Shown: positions 49,182 to 57,777, counted from the first letter of the stretch. The stretch is 64,000 nucleotides of DNA from an uncultured Campylobacter sp. (GCA_963522765.1 CAUQZM010000001.1:18329-82328), one strand, 5' to 3'. Made by a program: numbers and translations. Notes: generated by a model not told the origin, from the sequence alone.

Positions 49182-50314
49182 AATATTCCTTTTAAAAATT
49201 CCAGTATTTTTTTACAAGCTTTACCGTCGCCATACGGACTTGTACTTTTACTCATTTTATCATATTCATCTTTTAAATTTAATAATTTTTGCACCTCTTT
49301 TATGATATTTTCGCGCTTGGTGCCGATAAGCTTAACGCATCCTGCCCTTATCCCTTCGGGTCTTTCGGTAGTTTCTCTGATAACTAAAACAGGCTTGCAA
49401 AGGCTCGGCGCCTCCTCCTGGATGCCACCACTATCGGTTACTATCATATATGACTTGCTCATAAGATAGACAAAACTATCATACTCTAGCGGATCGATTA
49501 AAAATATATTCGAAATGCCCGATAAAATTTCTCCCACAGGCTTTCTTACATTTGGATTTAGATGCACGGGATAAACGATGTCGATATTTTCATTTTTTAG
49601 TGCTATTTCACGTAAAGCCTCACAAATATTAACAAAGCCTTCTCCGAAATTCTCTCGTCTGTGTCCTGTAACAAGAATAAATTTTCTATCACTAAGCTTA
49701 TATTTGGAATTTATAAAAGATAAAATTTTATTTTTTAGCAGCTTGTTGTTTTCGATTTTATCTATCGTCCACAAAAGTGCGTCTATAACGGTGTTGCCGC
49801 TAACGATTATATTTCTTGAATCTTTGCCTTCTTTTAATAGATTGTCTCTTGCATCGATGGTCGGCGCAAAGTGATATTTAGCTATGAGCCCTGTCATCTG
49901 CCTATTTATCTCTTCAGGAAACGGCGAATAGATATCATGCGTCCTAAGTCCAGCTTCGACGTGAGCAACATCTATCTTTTGATAATACGCCGCCAAAGAA
50001 ACGGCATAAGTAGTAGTCGTATCTCCATGCACAAACACGATGTCTGGAGTATATTCTCTAAATACATCGCGCATACCAAGCAAAACGCCTGACGTAATAT
50101 CGTACAGATCCTGCCCTTGCTTCATTAAATTTAGATCGAAATCGGGCTTTATCTCAAAAAATTCAAGCACCTGATCGAGCATCTGTCTGTGCTGCGCCGT
50201 AACGCAAACCTTCACTTTAAATTCTGCATGCTTTTGAAATTCCTTTATCAACAAAGCCATCTTAATGGCTTCCGGGCGCGTTCCAAATACTATTAAAATT
50301 TTTCTTTTCGTCAT
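49178..50314 (-). CDS. wecB: UDP-N-acetylglucosamine 2-epimerase (non-hydrolysing)
   Basis: ILIVFGTRPEAIKM, HVEAGLRT and DSGGIQEEAPSL. First gene of the operon. Confidence 0.9.
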   Translation of the reverse strand: MTKRKILIVFGTRPEAIKMALLIKEFQKHAEFKVKVCVTAQHRQMLDQVLEFFEIKPDFDLNLMKQGQDLYDITSGVLLGMRDVFREYTPDIVFVHGDTTTTYAVSLAAYYQKIDVAHVEAGLRTHDIYSPFPEEINRQMTGLIAKYHFAPTIDARDNLLKEGKDSRNIIVSGNTVIDALLWTIDKIENNKLLKNKILSFINSKYKLSDRKFILVTGHRRENFGEGFVNICEALREIALKNENIDIVYPVHLNPNVRKPVGEILSGISNIFLIDPLEYDSFVYLMSKSYMIVTDSGGIQEEAPSLCKPVLVIRETTERPEGIRAGCVKLIGTKRENIIKEVQKLLNLKDEYDKMSKSTSPYGDGKACKKILEFLKGIL

Positions 50315-50464
50315 AAACTCCCCTAAATATCGGTTTTTTAACCGAATTTATTGCTGTAATTTTAATTAAATTTTGCTATATCGGCGCTTAACAATACATA
50401 AAATCACCTATTTGTCGTTACTTGGATGGTATAAATATTCTTCGCTTTCAAAGATGGCTAAGAT

Positions 50465-51163
50465 TTATTTTAAATTATCAAAAAATTCCATTGCAAAATC
50501 ATCAAAAATTTTGCCTTTTAGATGCGCTTTGCAAAATTCTACGATGAGCCCGTGAAATAGCGCGTACACGCCGTTTTCATTCTCCAGCTTATCTGTTTTT
50601 GCTGCCGCATCGCAGGGAAAATTAGCGGAATTTACAAGCTCATAGATCCGCTCAAATTCCAGCTCGCCAAGCCACGCGCTAAGCTCGTCGTAGCTTTCAA
50701 ACTCATAGCCCAAAGCGCCGAGCAGCCGCGCCGAATAGCTGTCTGCGACCATCACAGCGCGCTCGCACGCATAGCACAGGATTGCGTCGCAGCTCTCCGC
50801 GCCGATCCCCTTGCGCGCTAGCAGCCACTCGCGGCTAACGCCCGCTTTGAAGCTCTCAAAATCCCCAAAATCCGCGATTATCACTTTGCAAAGCAAGCTT
50901 AGACGTCTCGCTTTTTGGTTATAAAATCCGCTCACTTTAATGATCTTCGCAAGCTCCGCTTCATCTAGCCCGGCGATCCCCTCTAAGCTCAAAAGCCCCT
51001 TGCTACGCAGGTTTTGCAGTGCTGCATCGGCATTGCGCCACGCCGTATTTTGGATCAAAATCGCCCCGACGACCACCTCAAAGCTTCCAAACGCAGGCCA
51101 CCAGCGAAAATCCTTGATTTTCACGGCGCGAAAAAGCGCGATAAAAAGCTCGGTCGCGCTCAT
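50465..51163 (-). CDS. HhH-GPD superfamily protein (endonuclease III-related), without an obvious Fe-S cluster motif
   Basis: AILIQNTAWRNA and the HhH element LLARKGIGAESCDAIL. The C-terminus lacks the C-x6-C-x2-C-x5-C cluster. Confidence 0.7.
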   Translation of the reverse strand: MSATELFIALFRAVKIKDFRWWPAFGSFEVVVGAILIQNTAWRNADAALQNLRSKGLLSLEGIAGLDEAELAKIIKVSGFYNQKARRLSLLCKVIIADFGDFESFKAGVSREWLLARKGIGAESCDAILCYACERAVMVADSYSARLLGALGYEFESYDELSAWLGELEFERIYELVNSANFPCDAAAKTDKLENENGVYALFHGLIVEFCKAHLKGKIFDDFAMEFFDNLK

Positions 51164-51281
51164 CTTGCGCCTCCGAAATTTCTGGCGTCGTTTCTAAAAT
51201 TTCGCGCAGCGACGGCGATTTTTCGCGTACGCTCTATCACGGCGATAAAATTTACGCCAAATTTAAATCCGCGCGCCGTAT

Positions 51282-52262
51282 TCATCTGCCGCCTTTTAAA
51301 TTTGCAAAAAATTCCTCACTAAAGTTCAAGAAAAACTGCTTTGCCGCGCGGCCGCTGCGGCTTGCGCGAAGCATCGCAAACTCTCTCGCCTTTGCGTGCA
51401 GCGCATCTAAATTTGCAACAAAGCTCAAGCTAAATTCCGCCGCACTCATACCTTGCGCAGCCGCAAAATAGGCATCTACGATCCCCAAATACTCCAGCAT
51501 GCTCCCGCCGTAAAAGCTTAGCTGCAGCCCGAAGCGCTCGCTCAGGCTAATTCGCTCGTTCGCCGCGTCGCTTAGGTGCAGCTCGCCGCGACTGATCTGC
51601 GCGGCGTCGTTGTCGCTTGCGCATTCGCCTACGATGTGGCGGCGGTTGGACGTCGCATACATCAGCACGTTGCGCGGCGCGCGCTCTAAGGATCCCTCAA
51701 GCAGCGGCTTTAGGTGCTTGTAGCCGCTCTCGCCGAGCTCAAAGCTCAAATCGTCGCAAAAGATGATAAATTTAAAGTTCGTTTCGCGGACCGCATCGAT
51801 TATATCCACGAGATAACCCAGATCGTCCCTGCCGATCTCGATGATCTTAAGGCCTTGCGGGATAAATTTAGAAAAAACCGCCTTTGCAAGGCTTGATTTG
51901 CCGCAGCCGCTCTCACCCCATAGCAGCGCGTGGTTGACGCTCGCGCCGCGCAGGAAGGCGTCAGTGTTTTTTATAAGAGCCGATTTTTGGCTCTCTAGCC
52001 CCACAAGCGCGTCAAGATCGGTAAAATCGATGTCGCGGACGATCTTTAGCGCCTTTTTATTCGCGCGGAAGACGGCGACCTGCACCGTGCGCCAATCAAT
52101 CGCGCTAAAATCGCTGAAATAAATTTGCTCGCCTGCGGCGCTCTGCGCGCTTCTTAGGACGGCTTGCGGCGCTAAATTTAAACCGCTCGCCGAGTTTAAA
52201 TTTAGCTCTTCGCTTCTACTTTTGCTCGCGCTTTTTTTGATATTTTCATCGCAAGTTCGCAT
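51282..52262 (-). CDS. P-loop ATPase, DUF815-like
   Basis: Walker A LWGESGCGKSSLAKA and Walker B IIFCDDLSF. Confidence 0.7.
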   Translation of the reverse strand: MRTCDENIKKSASKSRSEELNLNSASGLNLAPQAVLRSAQSAAGEQIYFSDFSAIDWRTVQVAVFRANKKALKIVRDIDFTDLDALVGLESQKSALIKNTDAFLRGASVNHALLWGESGCGKSSLAKAVFSKFIPQGLKIIEIGRDDLGYLVDIIDAVRETNFKFIIFCDDLSFELGESGYKHLKPLLEGSLERAPRNVLMYATSNRRHIVGECASDNDAAQISRGELHLSDAANERISLSERFGLQLSFYGGSMLEYLGIVDAYFAAAQGMSAAEFSLSFVANLDALHAKAREFAMLRASRSGRAAKQFFLNFSEEFFANLKGGR

Positions 52263-55206
52263 TTTTTAGCTCCCTTCGCAGATATATTAAAATTTCGCTT
52301 ATCACGTCGTCATCGTCGCGCGTCTGCGCCTTTAATCGCACCTTATCGCCGTTTGCAAGGGTGATCAAGATATTTTCGTCCATGCTCGAAATCACGCGTA
52401 AGCCAAGCTTCGTAGCCAAAACCTTAATCATCATCACGTCGATGAATTGCTTAGTGTAAATGTCCGCGCGCCCGAAGCGATCCTCGATCTCACCGAAAAT
52501 TTCGAGCACTTCGCTCGCCTCGGCGCACTTGCTAAGCCGCCTGTAAAGATCCAAGCGCAGGCGATCCTCCCTGATAAATTCCGAGTTTAAAAAGGCGTTT
52601 ACGGAAATTTTAAGCTCTACGCTCGCAGCGGCGCTCTTTCTGCTTAGCAGCTTGCCGATCTCCTCTTCTAGCATCTTTAGATAAAGCGAGTAGCCGATCG
52701 CTTCGATATGCCCGCTCTGCGCCTCTCCGAGTAGGTTCCCGCCGCCGCGAATTTCAAGATCGTGATATGCTAGCACCGAGCCGCTACCCAAAAATGAGTT
52801 GCTCTCAAGCGCTACGAGCCGCTTTAGTGCGTCCTGCGTAAGGGCGGTTTTATCCTCGATCAAAAAGTAGCAAAAGCCCTGTTTGTTGCTGCGCCCGACG
52901 CGACCGCGCAGCTGGTGCAGATCGGCAATACCGAATTTATCCGCGTTTTCGACGATTATCGTATTTACGCGCGGCATATGAATGCCGCTTTCTACGATGC
53001 TGGTACAAAGCAGCAGATCGTATCCGCCCGATACAAATTTTAAAATTTCATCCTCCGTAGTTTTAGCGTCGATCTTGGAGTGCAAAATTAAAATTTTAAG
53101 GCTCGGCAAAATTTCAAGCAGCTTCTTTTTGGCGCTTTGCATCGTTGCGATGTGGTTGTGGACGTAAAAAATCTGCCCGCCGCGTCGCAGCTCGCGCGAG
53201 ATCGCCTCTTTTATGATCTTTTCGTCCCACTGCTTGACGAAGGTGCGCACATCCAAGCGGTCCTGCGGCGGGCTAAGCAGCGTGGAGTAGCTTTTAATCG
53301 AGCTTAGCGCCATATTTAGACTGCGCGGTATCGGCGTAGCAGACATACTAAGCAGGTGCGAGGCGGCGCTTTTTTCTTTGAGCCGCTCCTTTTGCTTAAC
53401 GCCGAATTTATGCTCCTCATCGATGATTATGAGCCCTAAATTTGCGGGGTTTAAATTTAAAAGCGAATGCGTGCCGACCACGACGATCGCCTCGCCGCTT
53501 TGCAGACGTTTTAAAATTTCGCTCTTTTGCCTCGCGCTACTGAAGCGATCGAGCTTGAAAACAGGAATTTCAAACTCCTTAAAGCGCTCGCTAAGCGTGG
53601 CGTAATGCTGCGAGCTAAGCAGCGTCGTAGGCACGAAAAACAGCACCGAATGCCCGCTGCGAATGCAAGCAAAGATCGCATTCATCGCAACCTCGGTCTT
53701 TCCAAAGCCCACGTCGCCGCTAAGTAGGCGGTCCATTACCTTGCCGCTTTGCAGATCCGCCAAAATCGCGCTCACAGCCTTTTGCTGATCGCTTGTGTAG
53801 CTAAAGCCGCTTGCGCTTAGAAATTTCGCATAATCCGCGCTTTCATTTTTGATGACGAGTCCTCGCACCAGCTCGCGCTTGGCAGCCAGCGCGATGATCT
53901 TTGAAGCGATCGCAAAGAGCTTTTCGCGCACGCGCTCTTTGATTTTTGAAAAGCTCGCCCTGCCCAGATGATCCAAGCTCACCGCGCCGCCGCTTGCGAC
54001 GTAGCGATCGATCTTGTTTAGGTACTCGACCGGCAGCAACAGCTTGTCGCCGCCCTCGTAGAGCAGGGATACGAACTCCTTGCTGCGCCCCATCACCTCG
54101 ATGAGTTCAAGCCCGTTAAATTTAGCGATACCGTGATCTTCGTGCACGACAAAATCGCCCACGTTTAGCTCATCCAGAGCCAGGCTCGATCTTCGCACGC
54201 GCTTTTTAGGCACCGCTTTGTTTAGCGAAAGGATGATCCGCTCGGCGCTTATTAAATTTACGACGAAATCCTCGCGTAAAATTTCGATATTGCTAAATCC
54301 GCTAAGATCAAACGGCGCGAGCAGCGCGTCGTTTCGCGCGATCAGCGTGATAGCCTCGCTGCGGTGGAATTCAAAAAATTCCTGCGACGGCGTCACGGCG
54401 AGGTCTTTAAATTTACGCGCCGCGGGCAGTACCTCGATCGCGTCTAAAAAATCCAAATTGCGCTCGGAAAAAATTTCATCCTTTTTGATCTCGTGCAGCA
54501 AGACGCAATCAAACGCCTCCGTGTAATCGACGAAGCCATCGATAAACCAAAACCCGAGCGAGCCCAGATCGCGCGCTAACGCGTCGCTATCCGCGCGCGA
54601 TATCTTTTCGCTCACGCTCTCAAACTCGTCCTCGCTTAAATTTGCCAAAAACGGCGCTATCTCGACTTGCACAAGCTCATCTTTTTCGCTTTTTTGCGTC
54701 GCGACGTCAAAGCGCCTGATGCTCTCGACCGTCTCGCCGTCGAGCAGAATTCTAACCGCGCTTTCGCTTCCTACCGAAAAAATATCGATGATCTCGCCAC
54801 GGAAGCTCACCTCGCCCATGCTTTCGACGATGTCGCGCACGTCGTATCCCAGGCGTAAAATTTCCTCTTTCAGCTCACTTAAGTTTAACCCTTCGCCAAA
54901 TTTTAAATTTAGTGGGCGCAGATGGCTTGCGGCGGGGAGTTTGTTTAGGATCGTACGGACGGGAGAGATTAAAATTTTTTTGCCGCTTGCTTTGTAAAAC
55001 GCGCTAAGAGCGGTGCTGATGCCTGCGAGCTCGCCCATATAGCTGCGCAGATCCTCGCCGAAGCTCGCTCTAAAGTCGGGTAGGCAAAAGGTCGCATAGC
55101 CCATAAATTTAAGCACCTGCTCGCACGCTGCGGCCTCTTTATCGTCCTCGCAGATCAAAAGCTCTTTTTGGTTTTGCAAAAAGTATTCGTAAACCTCGGC
55201 TTGCAT
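52246..55206 (-). CDS. mfd: Transcription-repair coupling factor
   Basis: SGDVGFGKTEVA, IIDEEHKFG, LSMSATPIPRSL and QLRGRVGRS. 986 aa. Confidence 0.9.
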   Translation of the reverse strand: MQAEVYEYFLQNQKELLICEDDKEAAACEQVLKFMGYATFCLPDFRASFGEDLRSYMGELAGISTALSAFYKASGKKILISPVRTILNKLPAASHLRPLNLKFGEGLNLSELKEEILRLGYDVRDIVESMGEVSFRGEIIDIFSVGSESAVRILLDGETVESIRRFDVATQKSEKDELVQVEIAPFLANLSEDEFESVSEKISRADSDALARDLGSLGFWFIDGFVDYTEAFDCVLLHEIKKDEIFSERNLDFLDAIEVLPAARKFKDLAVTPSQEFFEFHRSEAITLIARNDALLAPFDLSGFSNIEILREDFVVNLISAERIILSLNKAVPKKRVRRSSLALDELNVGDFVVHEDHGIAKFNGLELIEVMGRSKEFVSLLYEGGDKLLLPVEYLNKIDRYVASGGAVSLDHLGRASFSKIKERVREKLFAIASKIIALAAKRELVRGLVIKNESADYAKFLSASGFSYTSDQQKAVSAILADLQSGKVMDRLLSGDVGFGKTEVAMNAIFACIRSGHSVLFFVPTTLLSSQHYATLSERFKEFEIPVFKLDRFSSARQKSEILKRLQSGEAIVVVGTHSLLNLNPANLGLIIIDEEHKFGVKQKERLKEKSAASHLLSMSATPIPRSLNMALSSIKSYSTLLSPPQDRLDVRTFVKQWDEKIIKEAISRELRRGGQIFYVHNHIATMQSAKKKLLEILPSLKILILHSKIDAKTTEDEILKFVSGGYDLLLCTSIVESGIHMPRVNTIIVENADKFGIADLHQLRGRVGRSNKQGFCYFLIEDKTALTQDALKRLVALESNSFLGSGSVLAYHDLEIRGGGNLLGEAQSGHIEAIGYSLYLKMLEEEIGKLLSRKSAAASVELKISVNAFLNSEFIREDRLRLDLYRRLSKCAEASEVLEIFGEIEDRFGRADIYTKQFIDVMMIKVLATKLGLRVISSMDENILITLANGDKVRLKAQTRDDDDVISEILIYLRRELKNANLR

Positions 55207-56111
55207 TATTTAAACCTTTCGATCTGGTGCTGCACGACATTTGCGATCTCCTGCCACGAAACATTAGGTTCCAAGGTCGAGATATTTTTGAAATTCTGCG
55301 CGTTCCAGCTCATAAAATTTGCAGGATCGACACTTTGAGCCAAAAACCTAACTTCATAATGCAAGTGCGGACCGGTGCTGTAGCCGGTATTACCGCTATA
55401 GCCGATAAGATCGCCCTTTTTAACCCAAGAACCAGGCGTTACGACCGCGGAGCTAAGGTGGCCGTAGCGGGTTTCAAAGCCATAATTGTGCGATAAAATC
55501 ACTAAAATTCCATATCCGCTGCCGCTACCGCCTGCAAACTGCACGAAGCCCTCTGCCGTCGCAAACACCGGAGTGCCCTCACTCGCTCGCAAGTCGATGC
55601 CGTGGTGCATCCTCATAACGCCGCTGATTGGATGAGTGCGCATCCCAAAAGGGCTAGTGATCCCGCGATACTGCATCGGAAGTCCATTAGGCACAGCGCT
55701 AAGAATCGCGCTCGCCGTTTTTTCGCTAGCTGCAATGTGCGCGCCGGAGCCCTTTTTACGCTCCTTTTTCATCTCATTCATCGCAAGCATTACCTGGATA
55801 TCACTATCCAGCCCGCCTCCATCGTCTTCGCGTCCGTCCAGCTTGGCAAGCACCTCCTCATTTTTGCCCTCAAGCGCGATATTTTGCTCTTTAAGCGCGA
55901 GATTTTCGGCGTATAGGGTTTTGTTTAGCTCCTTTAAATTTGAACGGTCACTCGCGAGTTTAAATATCGCAAAAAACAAAACAAGCAGAAAAATTACAAA
56001 AAACGCGGATAAAATTTTAAGCTGAAATCTAAAATTTTCGCCGAAATACAGCGTCTTGGTGCCAAAGTGATCGCTTAGGGTAAGTTTAGTTTTAGCCACG
56101 GCACGCCTCAA
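55206..56111 (-). CDS. M23 family metallopeptidase with an N-terminal TM helix and coiled coil (EnvC/Csd-like)
   Basis: HHGIDLRA and GPHLHYEV. The coiled coil is LKELNKTLYAENLALKEQNIALEGKNEE. Confidence 0.85.
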   Translation of the reverse strand: MRRAVAKTKLTLSDHFGTKTLYFGENFRFQLKILSAFFVIFLLVLFFAIFKLASDRSNLKELNKTLYAENLALKEQNIALEGKNEEVLAKLDGREDDGGGLDSDIQVMLAMNEMKKERKKGSGAHIAASEKTASAILSAVPNGLPMQYRGITSPFGMRTHPISGVMRMHHGIDLRASEGTPVFATAEGFVQFAGGSGSGYGILVILSHNYGFETRYGHLSSAVVTPGSWVKKGDLIGYSGNTGYSTGPHLHYEVRFLAQSVDPANFMSWNAQNFKNISTLEPNVSWQEIANVVQHQIERFK

Positions 56112-57777
56112 GCCATAAAATAAAATTTTCTACCAAATGAAACGAGCCGAAAACCAAATACTCCTCCTCCGCTCTAAGCTCGCCACGAAACGGCGAATGC
56201 GGAATTTTAAGCGCGTCAAGCGCACGGGTTATCGCCTCTGCCGCCATTTCGCGATCCGCAACCTCGTAGCTAAAAATCTCCACGCGCTCCACTACAGGCG
56301 CTAAAGTCCGCAGCACCGCGGCTACGTCCTTATCGGCAAAAGCATTGTAAATCAGCACGATCTTTCTGCCCCCGTAGATTTCGGTAATTTCGCGGGCTAC
56401 TTGCTGTGCCGCAAGCTCGTTGTGTCCGACATCTACGCGTAAATTTGGCGCCAAAACTTCCATCCTGCCGCGTAAATTTAGAGGTGGCAGCTGCGAAATT
56501 TCAAATTTTAAATTTAAAAATTTCATCGCAGCAAGCGCTAGAGCTAAATTTGAAATTTGAAATTTAGGCAGATTATTGTGCGCGCAAAACTCCGCGATCT
56601 GCGCTTGCTCGCTCTTGCTTAAAAGCTCTGCTGCAAACCTCAAATGAGTTCCTTTTTGCTCTGCGATCTGCTGCGCGATACGAAGCGGAACTTCGCTCAT
56701 CTCGTCGCTTAAAATCGCCTCCTTATCCATCGTAATGAGCTTGGTGTGGGCGATCTGCTCTAGATTGCATCCTAGCATGCCCAAATGATCGGTGCCGATC
56801 GGTGTAAAAAGCGACAGCGTGCGACCAAAGCTCGATGTAGCATCAAACTCGCCGCCCATCCCAGCCTCGATCACGCAGTAATCGCAATCCCTAAAAAGCA
56901 CTGCTGCCGCAAGCGTGAGATACTCAAAATACGACAGGCTATCTTTAAACTCCGCGGGCAAGCTCTCTTGCAAAAACTCATGCGCGAAATCAAGCTCCTC
57001 ATCCGTAGCATCGCGCCCTAACGAAATGGGAAGCAAGCTTTGAGCGGGTTTGAAATTTGATCCTAATGGGGATTTAAAATTTTGCTCAGACGAGAAATTG
57101 AAATTTTGCTCAGACGGCGATCTGAGATCTTGCAAATTCCATAAATTTTGTGTAGAAGCAGAATTTTGCGTATAGATCGAATTTCGCGCGATGGAATTCT
57201 GCTCGCTACAAAAATTTTGCGTGGTAGAAACGAAGCTTTGCAGGGCGGAATTCTGCTCGCTATGCAAATCCTGCGTGGCGTAATTTTGCAAATTAGAAAT
57301 AGAAATTTGTGAGGCTGAATTTTCTCTGTTCGCAAAATTTTGCATTTTCTCGAAATTTTGTCTTTCCGTAAAATTTGACGCCGAAGCGGAATTTTGCTCG
57401 TTTTTAAAATTTGAAGCGTCGGAATTCAACGCAGAAACGGGACTTTGCGCGATACGTCCGCCTAGATAGATGCGCTCGTTGAGCTTAAAAACGTGCGGAC
57501 TGGTGTAGTGCCCGACGCTAAAGCCCGCTGCGGCGATCGCGTTAGCCAAAAACCTCCCGGTGCTGCCCTTGCCATTGGTGCCGATAATCTGAATGACGTT
57601 TTTGAGCGGAATTTTATCTTTAATGGCGGCATACGCCCGCGGGAAGCGCTCGTAGTCGATTTTTTTGTAATAAATCGGGCGATTTTGCAAAAATTCTTTA
57701 ATGCTGCGCCCGCCCAAGTCTGAATCCCCTAATCGCAAGCGCCGAAATAAACTCGTCAAACGCCTGCGCGGAGGCAT
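56092..57777 (-). CDS. folC: Folylpolyglutamate synthase / dihydrofolate synthase with an internal low-complexity insertion. Start uncertain (80-nt overlap with lptE)
   Basis: P-loop IIGTNGKGST, HYTSPH and EAGMGGEFDATS. The ORF is 561 aa versus about 400-420 aa typical. Confidence 0.85.
   Translation of the reverse strand: MPPRRRLTSLFRRLRLGDSDLGGRSIKEFLQNRPIYYKKIDYERFPRAYAAIKDKIPLKNVIQIIGTNGKGSTGRFLANAIAAAGFSVGHYTSPHVFKLNERIYLGGRIAQSPVSALNSDASNFKNEQNSASASNFTERQNFEKMQNFANRENSASQISISNLQNYATQDLHSEQNSALQSFVSTTQNFCSEQNSIARNSIYTQNSASTQNLWNLQDLRSPSEQNFNFSSEQNFKSPLGSNFKPAQSLLPISLGRDATDEELDFAHEFLQESLPAEFKDSLSYFEYLTLAAAVLFRDCDYCVIEAGMGGEFDATSSFGRTLSLFTPIGTDHLGMLGCNLEQIAHTKLITMDKEAILSDEMSEVPLRIAQQIAEQKGTHLRFAAELLSKSEQAQIAEFCAHNNLPKFQISNLALALAAMKFLNLKFEISQLPPLNLRGRMEVLAPNLRVDVGHNELAAQQVAREITEIYGGRKIVLIYNAFADKDVAAVLRTLAPVVERVEIFSYEVADREMAAEAITRALDALKIPHSPFRGELRAEEEYLVFGSFHLVENFILWLEACRG
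57022..57447. repeat. In-frame RAATTY-cored repeat array inside folC (about 140 codons)
   Basis: gaaattt, aaaatttt, gaaattg, caaattcc, agaatttt, cgaatttc, ggaattct, aaaattttg, ggaattct, taattttg, gaatttt and others. Translated as EQNSA, QNF, TQNSAS. Off-frame ORF 57063..57335 is open. Confidence 0.7.
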
